Below are positions 1 to 7,614 of a stretch of 64,000 nt of DNA, piece after piece (the first letter of the stretch is position 1; every line of letters begins with the position of its first letter). The stretch spans positions 40,364 to 104,363 of IMG/VR virus record IMGVR_UViG_3300045988_183523; one strand, written 5' to 3'. A program made the position numbers and the translations under genes. The stretch comes from a virus. Under the pieces are notes generated by a model that saw only the letters and a program-made list of their open reading frames with translations, had not been told where the DNA came from and searched no databases.

Positions 1-1
1 A

Positions 2-598
2 GAAAAAAGAGGGGAAATAGGCTCAGTAAAACCGACAGGCTGGCATCTTGCTAAATATGATTTCATTGACGGCAAATATCTTTACAATAGGTGTCATTTG
101 ATAGGTTATCAACTTACAGGTGAGAATGCTAATGAAAAAAATCTGATTACAGGCACGAGATACCTCAATATTCAAGGCATGCTGCCTTTTGAGAACGAAG
201 TAGCTGAATATATTAAAAATACAAACAATCATGTTATGTACCGTGTTACGCCTATATTTGAGGGAGATAATCTTCTCGCTGACGGTGTGCAAATGGAAGG
301 ATATTCGGTTGAAGATAAAGGTAAAAGTATTTCGTTCAATGTTTTCTGCTATAATGTTCAACCCGGTGTGAACATTGATTATGTAACCGGTGATAATTCT
401 GCATCAGGAGAATACACAACAACGACTGATGAAGATATAACAGATACATATATTGTAAATCTCAATACAAAGAAATTCCACAAACCAAGTTGTAGTTCAA
501 TATCTCAAATGAGTAAGAAAAATAAAAAACAATACAAAGGAAAAAGAAGCAGTTTGATTAACAATGGTTACGAGCCTTGTAAGAACTGCAATCCATAA
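2..598 (+). CDS. DNA/RNA non-specific endonuclease family protein (EndA/NucA-like). The 5' end is cut by the window edge. The C-terminal tail is Cys/His-rich (FHKPSC...GYEPCKNCNP).
   Basis: The frame is open from position 2. The segment ...YNRCHLIGYQLTGENANEKNLITGTRYLN...MLPFENEVAEYIK...VMYRVTPIF matches the conserved core of the Endonuclease_NS_2 / DNA-entry nuclease family. The ORF-track start at 98 is an internal TTG. Confidence 0.6.
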   Translation, partial: EKRGEIGSVKPTGWHLAKYDFIDGKYLYNRCHLIGYQLTGENANEKNLITGTRYLNIQGMLPFENEVAEYIKNTNNHVMYRVTPIFEGDNLLADGVQMEGYSVEDKGKSISFNVFCYNVQPGVNIDYVTGDNSASGEYTTTTDEDITDTYIVNLNTKKFHKPSCSSISQMSKKNKKQYKGKRSSLINNGYEPCKNCNP

Positions 599-620
599 GA
601 TTTAAAATGCAAAATATTTG

Positions 621-649
621 TTGAATTTTTTTGGAATGCACTATATAAT
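621..649 (+). promoter_or_regulatory. sigma-A-like promoter: TTGAAT, 17 nt, TATAAT. The -10 is embedded in a cACTATATAat copy of the recurrent motif.
   Basis: Read directly: ttgaat ttttttggaatgcacta tataat. It lies upstream of the GHKL ATPase gene. Confidence 0.35.
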
Positions 650-912
650 ATTATTGCAGAAGGAAAGTAATATTAGTATAGAAGTGAATGATATTATGTC
701 TGAAACAATTAAGTATGGTTAGCCTATTGATACTGTAATCATTTGAATTACTTGAGTAGGAAGCTCGGTATTTCGATGCCAAGTAGTTCACTGACAATAG
801 ACCGATTATTTGTACTAAAACAGAGCATCCATTGACTATTGGTAAATTTTATTTAAAATATTAGATATAAAGTGTTTGTCTATTATGAATAAGATTCAAT
901 GTCAATTATGAA

Positions 913-2184
913 ATGCTCGTTATTGAAATAAGGAGAATTCTTGACGGTTATTTTAAAGAAAAGAATATTGTAAATGATATGATAGATAATGAATTGTTAA
1001 TCAAATATAACTCTAACTTTAATATGAAAAAGAAAAAAATTAAGTTTAAAACAACGAATAAAGGACTTAAATTTTTTGAATATCGGTACACTAAATCCGA
1101 ATTCGGAATTGTCGATTTGATTGATTTATTGAATTTTTTATCATATGTATCAAAAAAAATATTGAGAAATTATCCAATTATAATAGACTTTAGAAAAACT
1201 ATTTTTTCTGATAAACTTACTTTTGTAATATTAGAATGTATTTTGTATTATTATATAAATGATATGAAATGTTCTAATATTATGCTAACGCTTAGCCAAA
1301 AAGCAGAAATTCATACGCAAGGTTTAAATTTATCTCCACTAAATGCATTATGTGACACAACCAAATCTACTGAACAGAGATATGATTTATTTAATAAAAA
1401 ATATAATATTGATTTATCAAAAAAACATTTTAGAAAAATCATTTTGAAAGAAAGTGATTCTTTTGAGCATCCTGTAACAAGTTTATTAATGCAAGATATA
1501 GAATCTTATTTAAAAATTCAAGAAGTATCTAAAGAGTACACTGATACTATTCCAAGTGTAATTTCTGAATTGGTTGACAATGTAATTGAACATTCTAATT
1601 CGGATTGTTTGATTGATATTGATATTACCCCAAGTACATTCAAAAAAATGGATTCCATCACAAATGAATATTCCAATGAAAATTTTTATGCTTTGAATGT
1701 TGTAATTGTAAATTTGTCAGATAAATTATTAGGTGAAAATTTAACTCATAAAATAAAAGGATATAAGAGTACTGATGAAATTCCACAAAGATACAAAGCT
1801 GTAAAAAATGCTTGTAATAATTTACAAAATATATTTGATGATAACTATAACGAAGATGACTTTTTTGTGATTGCTTCTTTCCAAGATAAAATATCAGGTC
1901 GAATTGATTCAAATACAACCGGTGGAAAAGGACTAACGGAATTGCTGAAATCTTTACAAGAAAATGGAAATACTGATTCTTATAATTGTTATATGTACTC
2001 AGGAAATAGTGTTTTATGGTTTAAAAAAGACTATCTAAATTATAATTCTGATGGTTGGATTGGCTTTAATAATCAAAACAACTTTTTTGATTGTAAACCC
2101 GATTCCGAAGTTTTCACTAAAATACCGTTTTATTTTCCCGGAACTGCATATAATTTGAATTTTGTAGTAAAAAAATCGGAATGA
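913..2184 (+). CDS. GHKL-superfamily (histidine-kinase-like) ATPase, stand-alone
   Basis: N-box-like ELVDNVIEH and G2-box-like TTGGKGLTELL motifs. No kinase HisKA/DHp region. The start is uncertain (in-frame ATG at 913 and at 979). Confidence 0.5.
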   Translation: MLVIEIRRILDGYFKEKNIVNDMIDNELLIKYNSNFNMKKKKIKFKTTNKGLKFFEYRYTKSEFGIVDLIDLLNFLSYVSKKILRNYPIIIDFRKTIFSDKLTFVILECILYYYINDMKCSNIMLTLSQKAEIHTQGLNLSPLNALCDTTKSTEQRYDLFNKKYNIDLSKKHFRKIILKESDSFEHPVTSLLMQDIESYLKIQEVSKEYTDTIPSVISELVDNVIEHSNSDCLIDIDITPSTFKKMDSITNEYSNENFYALNVVIVNLSDKLLGENLTHKIKGYKSTDEIPQRYKAVKNACNNLQNIFDDNYNEDDFFVIASFQDKISGRIDSNTTGGKGLTELLKSLQENGNTDSYNCYMYSGNSVLWFKKDYLNYNSDGWIGFNNQNNFFDCKPDSEVFTKIPFYFPGTAYNLNFVVKKSE

Positions 2185-2239
2185 TATTTTCCAATTATTT
2201 TAATAAAAATAACTAATGAACTAACGGAGGATAAATTTT

Positions 2240-2527
2240 ATGAATACAATTAAATTAGATTTCAAAAAAGATTTAACAAAGCTTGCAGGAAATAATTTTG
2301 GAAAACAAACTTATGCCAATCAAGTTTCACATATAATATCAAAAAAACCAGATGATAATTACATTATTATTATACCTGAACGAATTGACAGAATTGCATC
2401 ATCTTTCATCCAAGGCTTCTTTGATTCTTATATTAAAAATTATGGCTTTTCTGCTTTGGCAAATCATATATCTATTCAATCTTCAATTAAAGATATTAAC
2501 GAGTTAATAAATGACAGTTTGGAGTAA
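2240..2527 (+). CDS. STAS-like (DUF4325-like) small protein, partner of the upstream GHKL ATPase
   Basis: 95 aa. IIIIPERIDRIASSFIQGFF resembles the conserved 'vDFegV..issSFadE.f' core of STAS-like DUF4325 proteins. It lies 55 nt downstream of the ATPase with an RBS (ggagga). Confidence 0.4.
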   Translation: MNTIKLDFKKDLTKLAGNNFGKQTYANQVSHIISKKPDDNYIIIIPERIDRIASSFIQGFFDSYIKNYGFSALANHISIQSSIKDINELINDSLE

Positions 2528-2530
2528 AAA

Positions 2531-2962
2531 ATGAAGGATAGTACAGTTATTTCTTGTCTTGCTTTATTTATATCAATAATTACACCATATCTTAATTTCT
2601 TGATGAACAGACAAGTTAACAATATTTCATTGGAATCACAACATTTAGAAGATATATATGTTGAATTTTTGACTAAAAAAATACCTGAAGCTAAGCGTGA
2701 TATAATATACAAAAACAACTATTTTCAAGGCAGTTATCCATTACAAAAAGTATTAGTTGAATTGCTTAAGGCTTTGAGTTTTTATAAATATATTGATAAT
2801 GAATTTTACACAGATGCTAAAATTGCAATACAAAAATTAGAAGATTATATTGTTTTGTACGAAAGTGAAATTTTTAAAAATTCAGAAGTTCCTCGCATTG
2901 AAATTGAAAAAAATTTGTCAGATATATATTGTATTATAAATAATAAGTATAAAAACGGTTAG
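2531..2962 (+). CDS. hypothetical protein (143 aa), third gene of the GHKL/STAS operon
   Basis: ORF starts 4 nt after the previous stop. N-terminus is hydrophobic and the rest is helical and charged. Confidence 0.4.
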   Translation: MKDSTVISCLALFISIITPYLNFLMNRQVNNISLESQHLEDIYVEFLTKKIPEAKRDIIYKNNYFQGSYPLQKVLVELLKALSFYKYIDNEFYTDAKIAIQKLEDYIVLYESEIFKNSEVPRIEIEKNLSDIYCIINNKYKNG

Positions 2963-2968
2963 TATATT

Positions 2969-2995
2969 ATAAAATATAATAATATAATCATATAT
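2969..2995. repeat. 27-bp direct repeat, copy 1 (TAAAATATAATAATATAATCATATATA)
   Basis: Identical 27-mer at 4702-4728. Both copies start 7-19 nt after a + strand stop codon. Confidence 0.6.
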
Positions 2996-3087
2996 AGATA
3001 CACTATGATTTTCAGAAAGAGCCTTTGCGTTTTTTTGCAAGCAAAAAATTTTGAAAAAAACTGAATTGTAAAAATATAAAAATAATA

Positions 3088-3116
3088 TTGACTTTTAAAA
3101 AAATATTGTATATACT
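3088..3116 (+). promoter_or_regulatory. sigma-A-like promoter: TTGACT, 17 nt, TATACT
   Basis: ttgact tttaaaaaaatattgta tatact. It reads into the tandem-repeat array. Confidence 0.45.
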
Positions 3117-3137
3117 AAACTATACAAACGATATTTT

Positions 3138-3262
3138 GAACACTATTTTTTAACACTATTTTTTAACACTATTTTTTTACAAACTATTTTTTTTTACAAA
3201 CTATTTTTTTACAAACTATTTTTTGAACACTATTTTTTGAACACTATTTTTTTTACAAACGA
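3138..3262. repeat. Tandem array of ~9 units of 13-17 bp with two unit types, (G)AACACTA-T6-8 and ACAAACTA-T6-9, arranged 3+3+3
   Basis: Read directly: gaacactatttttt aacactatttttt aacactattttttt acaaactattttttttt acaaactattttttt acaaactatttttt gaacactatttttt gaacactatttttt gaacactatttttttt acaaacg. Confidence 0.8.
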
Positions 3263-3265
3263 ATT

Positions 3266-3301
3266 AAAGAGCAGAAGAGGGTATTACCTTTTCTGCTCTT
3301 T
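3266..3301. terminator. Bidirectional rho-independent terminator between convergent genes
   Basis: aaagagcagaa-gagggtattacc-ttttctgctcttt. It is an 11-bp stem with A/T runs on both sides. Confidence 0.6.
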
Positions 3302-3323
3302 AATTTTATATAATTATATATAT

Positions 3324-4154
3324 CTAATCTACTAACCAATTCGACTCGGGTTTCATCAATACTCGTGCTTTTTCATATGCCATTTCTTTTGTAAAAATGG
3401 TGTTTGCCCTGTATTGGCTTGTCTCTGTTCTTTCAACTGCAAGTGCCATAGTTACATTATTTCCATTTATATCCGGTATAGTAATAGGAACTAAGTACAT
3501 AATTTGATTTTTATAAAATTGTGGCACAACAAGTCTAAGATTTCGCTTTGTTTTCTTTTTTGCTTCTTCTACAACTCCGGTCAAAAGAAGCTTAACAATA
3601 TTTTTGCTAGGATATTTTAATACCGATTCAATTCTATCCCAGTTATCATCGAGAATGTGGTCTGTATTGACAACAATGTTATAATCAGGATTGAAATACA
3701 AATCTTGAAATGACTCAGTATATGTAGCTAATTTTGGCACTTCTGCAAATACATTCAAGAAGTCTCGGCTACTCTTTTCTTTGAATTTCCGTAATATCCA
3801 AGGTTGTGCCCCATCACGAGTGTTTTTCTCAAAGATTGCAATAATATCATCTCCGTTAGGGGTCAATAATCCTGTATTAAAACAAGAATATTCTCCGTCG
3901 TCAGAAATAAGAACTTTCTTTTGCTTACTGCATTGAGAAAATGTGTCAGATAAATATTTTTTTAGAATATGATATGGCTTTGTTTCGTCAAAACTCCATT
4001 TTTCCTCTTCTGCAATATTAGTAAGATAACTTAACATTTTATTATAGCCTTCTTCTGTACTGCAAAAAGCATATTCATATAAATTGTGAATGTCTTTGAT
4101 AACCATGCTATTTTTCCTCTCTAATATACAAAGTATTTTTTTGTATTTTATCAC
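3324..4154 (-). CDS. DUF3825-like hypothetical protein
   Basis: 276-aa ORF. The likely real start is the internal Met (MVIKD..., ~4109). The motif ...FNTGLLTPNGDDIIAIFEKN...PWIL... is recalled as resembling DUF3825 proteins of Firmicutes. This is one of only two minus-strand genes. Confidence 0.4.
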   Translation of the reverse strand: MIKYKKILCILERKNSMVIKDIHNLYEYAFCSTEEGYNKMLSYLTNIAEEEKWSFDETKPYHILKKYLSDTFSQCSKQKKVLISDDGEYSCFNTGLLTPNGDDIIAIFEKNTRDGAQPWILRKFKEKSSRDFLNVFAEVPKLATYTESFQDLYFNPDYNIVVNTDHILDDNWDRIESVLKYPSKNIVKLLLTGVVEEAKKKTKRNLRLVVPQFYKNQIMYLVPITIPDINGNNVTMALAVERTETSQYRANTIFTKEMAYEKARVLMKPESNWLVD

Positions 4155-4359
4155 ATTTCAACAAAATTTTCAATGATTTGTAAAAAGCTTTGTTAATTGT
4201 AAATATCAATGACTATTTATTTAGTGATTTTTCAGCTATGTAAACTCCAAAATACTATATAATTCTTGACAGGGAACAGGCGTAATTTAGCGCAGAATTA
4301 AAATAAGTAATATTATTGAAAAATCATATGTTAGTTTACCTATTCTTATTTCTGAAATT

Positions 4360-4683
4360 GTGAGTATTTTTTCCACCGTAAATAATGGGCTTGATAATAT
4401 TTTTGATTTGCTATCTGCAATTATTATATCAGCAATAAATATATACTGTCTATCAGTTGATGAATTGGATAATTCATTTATACCTCTATTTAATGCTTTT
4501 ATGAAATTTCCTTCTCCATACAAAGGCGTTGATAAAAACGAATTTTGTAAAAAAGTCAGAGAATTTGAAAATAGTTTAACAGATAATACAATCAATGAAA
4601 TGCTAGAAATTTTATATGCAAAAAATATCATAATGTATAATGAGAATAAAATAGTATTGAAAGAAAAAATAGAAATAAACTGA
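4360..4683 (+). CDS. hypothetical protein (107 aa, GTG start)
   Basis: Charged, helical and non-repetitive composition. A copy of the recurrent promoter motif (4254-4261) precedes it. The overlapping minus-strand ORF 4287-4697 is Phe/Leu/Ile low-complexity and judged spurious. Confidence 0.35.
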   Translation: MSIFSTVNNGLDNIFDLLSAIIISAINIYCLSVDELDNSFIPLFNAFMKFPSPYKGVDKNEFCKKVREFENSLTDNTINEMLEILYAKNIIMYNENKIVLKEKIEIN

Positions 4684-4701
4684 TTATTATATTTCAAATA
4701 C

Positions 4702-4728
4702 TAAAATATAATAATATAATCATATATA
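4702..4728. repeat. 27-bp direct repeat, copy 2
   Basis: Identical to 2969-2995. Confidence 0.6.
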
Positions 4729-4732
4729 TAGA

Positions 4733-4768
4733 AACACCACAGATTTACTCTGTGGTGTTTTATTTTTT
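4733..4768 (+). terminator. rho-independent terminator
   Basis: aacaccacag-atttact-ctgtggtgtt followed by ttattttttc. Confidence 0.6.
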
Positions 4769-4911
4769 CTATTTGGCAGTCTTTGTAGCTCATAATTGGT
4801 AATAATTACCATATTTTCCAATATTTACTTGTTGTTTAAGCAAAAAAACGGTATTAAAATTAAATTATAAACAAAAAGCACATTGAAAAAATGTATTTTT
4901 AGTAAAAAATT

Positions 4912-4919
4912 ACTATATA
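4912..4919 (+). promoter_or_regulatory. Recurrent promoter-like motif copy (aaaaaTTACTATATAc)
   Basis: See the recurrent-motif finding. It lies upstream of 4977/5090. Confidence 0.35.
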
Positions 4920-4976
4920 CTGTCAGAACGAAAAATAATATTTTTCACAAACTAAAAAATATTGAGGCGATTATAT

Positions 4977-5072
4977 ATGTCAGAAAGATTACATTTGAAA
5001 GAAAGAAAACTCCCTAAGAGTATTGTAGATAAATTGGTTGATATTTTGACAGAATTAGGATACGAACAATAA
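4977..5072 (+). CDS. 31-aa peptide (MSERLHLKERKLPKSIVDKLVDILTELGYEQ) paralogous to the N-terminus of the next gene
   Basis: LPKSIVDKLVDILTELGYE aligns with IPKKIVNDLVNTLNDLGYK of the 5090 protein. It may be a duplicated 5' fragment or a leader peptide. Confidence 0.3.
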   Translation: MSERLHLKERKLPKSIVDKLVDILTELGYEQ

Positions 5073-5089
5073 TTGAAAGGAGATAAGTA

Positions 5090-5470
5090 ATGAAGCCTGA
5101 GAAAATTCCTAAAAAAATAGTTAATGATTTAGTAAACACTTTAAATGACTTGGGTTATAAAACGGAAGTATTGGAAAATACAAATGATTTATATGTTGTT
5201 TGGAAATCAAATGATGGATATTATTTTTGTGCATCTGATTACTTCCCAAAACGCAGTGATATACCGGCAATAATTGGTAGTGGATATTTATATATGGATA
5301 GTATGCTGTTTTGTTGTCCTATTGATGTACCAATTAGCAAGGATAATGTTGCATACATCATTAATGATTTAAAGAAAAATATAGCAAAATTATATGATGA
5401 AAAAAATATTGTAAAATTTCTTTTAAACAGTGACAAATATTTTGAAAAATGGAAGAAAAGTGGAAACTAA
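5090..5470 (+). CDS. hypothetical protein (126 aa)
   Basis: Good RBS (aaggagataagtaATG). No family recognised. Confidence 0.45.
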   Translation: MKPEKIPKKIVNDLVNTLNDLGYKTEVLENTNDLYVVWKSNDGYYFCASDYFPKRSDIPAIIGSGYLYMDSMLFCCPIDVPISKDNVAYIINDLKKNIAKLYDEKNIVKFLLNSDKYFEKWKKSGN

Positions 5471-6231
5471 AACTTAAATATTATATTTTTCGTATTAGAT
5501 ATAATACTATATGTCTTACTTCCATGGTCATTTTCTTCTTGTGAAAACCAATTACCAAAAATAACTATTTTGGTTTTTATATACTTTTTAAAATTAGTGA
5601 AATATTTATCTTCAATTTCCCAAAATAATTTTGTATCTAAAACACGCAATGTTAGTTTTAGAATTTTATTTGTATCTGTTGTTGATTGAATTTCTATCGT
5701 GAATTCATGCGTTTTTTTATTATAAATAACAATATTACCTTCAACTAATTTTAAACCTGATATACCATTATTAATAATATTATAATCAAGTGTATTTTTG
5801 TTGATGAAGAAATCTTTGATTTTTAATCCGTTAAGATATTCTGTGTTGTAGTCATTAGCGCAACAATAAGCGTATAGTTGTCTTGTAGTATGTATGTTAC
5901 AAGTTTTCACATCACCATCATGACTGCGATTATCAGTATTATTCTGTCTGTTATTGCCTTCTTCATTGAAATTGCCTCTCTCAAAAATATCTTCAAGCGA
6001 ATGCTTATCTATTATGTTGTTAGATTTTTCAGAATAGTCTGATATATATTTACAATCACTGTTTTTATCATGCTCGTTTTTCGCTCTGAAATATGGAGGA
6101 TATATTCCTTTAAATGATGCAACAATTACTTCTGTTTTACAATAAGGACAATAATACTTATTGCCTTTATTATCAGAATTAATATCTCTGATGTTTATCA
6201 ATTTACCATTTTGATCTAATGCTATTCTCAT
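5467..6231 (-). CDS. Competence protein CoiA-like family protein
   Basis: The N-terminus MRIALDQNGKLINIRD...YYCPYCKTEVIVASFKGIYPPYFRAKNEHDKNSDC matches the CoiA N-terminal pattern (M.vA.d..G.lv...... CP.C...v....G....HFaH.....C), with HFAH degenerated to YFRAKNEH. Confidence 0.45.
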   Translation of the reverse strand: MRIALDQNGKLINIRDINSDNKGNKYYCPYCKTEVIVASFKGIYPPYFRAKNEHDKNSDCKYISDYSEKSNNIIDKHSLEDIFERGNFNEEGNNRQNNTDNRSHDGDVKTCNIHTTRQLYAYCCANDYNTEYLNGLKIKDFFINKNTLDYNIINNGISGLKLVEGNIVIYNKKTHEFTIEIQSTTDTNKILKLTLRVLDTKLFWEIEDKYFTNFKKYIKTKIVIFGNWFSQEENDHGSKTYSIISNTKNIIFKF

Positions 6232-6339
6232 TTTTACAATTCTCCAATCTTAATAATAATGTAATTATATAGCATTAACGGAGAAAATACAAATAAATCA
6301 TATCAGATTAAATAGAAAAGTGAGGTTAAAAAAGCAATT

Positions 6340-6522
6340 ATGAAAACCTTTTACAAGAAAGCTTTGAAAAATCATTATGCTGTTACTTGCCCTTATTGTT
6401 GTTCGGCATATGTTTCCGAATTAAACCATCCTATTAGCAGTATCGACAATAATATTACTGTTTACTGTTATCTTTGCCATGATTGTGGTGAAAAATGGAT
6501 GGATAAAGAGTTTAAGTTATAA
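6340..6522 (+). CDS. Small zinc-ribbon protein (CPYCC...CHDCG)
   Basis: 60 aa with two CxxC pairs. Confidence 0.4.
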   Translation: MKTFYKKALKNHYAVTCPYCCSAYVSELNHPISSIDNNITVYCYLCHDCGEKWMDKEFKL

Positions 6523-6540
6523 GAAATTTGCAGTAAAAAA

Positions 6541-6562
6541 GCACCTTGATTCAACAAGGTGC
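6541..6562 (+). terminator. Hairpin terminator (weak T-run)
   Basis: gcaccttg-attcaa-caaggtgc. Confidence 0.35.
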
Positions 6563-6927
6563 TAAATTGTGTTACATTTTTTATCAACAACGAGGGAATC
6601 TTTTGTATTATTTTATTTTGTATTTTTACTAAAAATGCAAAATTCTGTTGTTTGTGGATTTTTCTATACTGATTTATACAAAAGAAATTATATGGATAAA
6701 TACAACATTTTTTTATGTGTTTTTTGTTTTTGGTTACTATATATGATTAAAGAAGCTTATATAAGTTGTTTTAAAAGTTTCTTTACGAATAACCAATGTG
6801 TTAAGTGAACAAGTGTTATTCTACACTAATTGTTTTGATTTGTCTACAGTTATATTTTTCCAATTTGTGAAAAATATATTAACTTTTCAAAAATGATAAA
6901 ATAAATTTTCAGATTTTTAAAAATATT

Positions 6928-6935
6928 ACTATATA
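6928..6935 (+). promoter_or_regulatory. Recurrent promoter-like motif copy (tttttaaaaatatTACTATATAtat)
   Basis: See the recurrent-motif finding. Confidence 0.35.
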
Positions 6936-6944
6936 TATCATGAA

Positions 6945-7258
6945 AAGGTTAATAAGCCTTTTAGGTAGAATTAGCTACCAGAAGCTATTGCTAAACATTT
7001 ATGTTGGATAGTAATGAATTAACAAAGGTTAAATAGTTAGTCCGCTTGCAACTATGCCAGAGCATGAGATAGAGCTATTTAACAATGTTTAACTTTGTAA
7101 TTTGAAGTTTTAGAACTATCTGAAATTACATGATACTAAAAGCGCAAAAGGATGTGGAACGAATGACCGGAATGGTTTTAGAACTGCATGAATTGCATGA
7201 TACTAAAAGCGAAAGACAAAATTAGTATCATAAAGTCCTAAAAGCTTTTAGGATTTTA
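6945..7258 (+). ncRNA. Candidate ~300-nt structured non-coding transcript or leader (promoter motif to hairpin terminator)
   Basis: No ORF of 60 aa or longer. Internal direct repeat CATGATACTAAAAGCG at ~7131 and ~7196, hairpin tgatactaa...ttagtatca, and terminator-like tcctaaaag-cttttagga-ttttat at 7236-7258. Confidence 0.2.
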
Positions 7259-7496
7259 TGATGTTAATTTAAAACATCATTGAACCTTGAAAATTGAATA
7301 TTGATAGTTTTTAAAAAATATAGTTTCTCTGAAAAATGAGATTTTTTAGAAGAAAAACCGAACATAAAAAAAGGCTGAAAAGCCTTGATTTTACTACGGT
7401 TTTAGTTGAAATTTGAGTACCTATATGGTATAATAAAAGTAGATAAAGGAAACTATCGAATACGGTAGGCGGTTAGTCCTCTCAATTACAAAATTT

Positions 7497-7519
7497 GGGA
7501 GGATAATAAAATTCCTCCC
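7497..7519 (+). promoter_or_regulatory. Hairpin GGGAGGA-taataaaatt-CCTCCC. It pairs an SD-like sequence with an anti-SD immediately upstream of a second GGGAGGA RBS.
   Basis: Read directly. The second gggagga (7535-7541) is the RBS of the 21-codon ORF. Confidence 0.3.
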
Positions 7520-7548
7520 TTAAATAAATATGAAGGGAGGATGATATT

Positions 7549-7614
7549 ATGGAATATTCAGTGATAACAACATTAATACTTATTATTACTCTAATTCTCA
7601 TAATAAAAAAATAA
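7549..7614 (+). CDS. 21-aa hydrophobic peptide MEYSVITTLILIITLILIIKK (type I toxin-like or leader peptide)
   Basis: Strong RBS gaagggaggatgatattATG. Single TM-like helix ending in KK. Flanked by inverted repeats GGCGGTTAGTCC (7468-7479) / GGACTAACCG (7659-7668) and AACCGCC (7609-7615). Confidence 0.3.
   Translation: MEYSVITTLILIITLILIIKK

Noticed and set aside
3138-3262. Possible CRISPR array
   Set aside because: Units are contiguous with no unique spacers, 13-17 bp long and T-tract dominated. No cas genes.
4287-4697. 136-aa minus-strand ORF overlapping the + strand ORF 4360-4683
   Set aside because: Phe/Leu/Ile-rich low-complexity translation typical of the reverse strand of AT-rich coding DNA. 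The + ORF has a dedicated promoter-motif copy at 4254 and a balanced composition.
6569-6808. 79-aa + strand ORF after the zinc-ribbon gene
   Set aside because: It starts inside or at the terminator hairpin, has no RBS, and gives a Phe/Leu/Cys-rich low-complexity product. Judged spurious.
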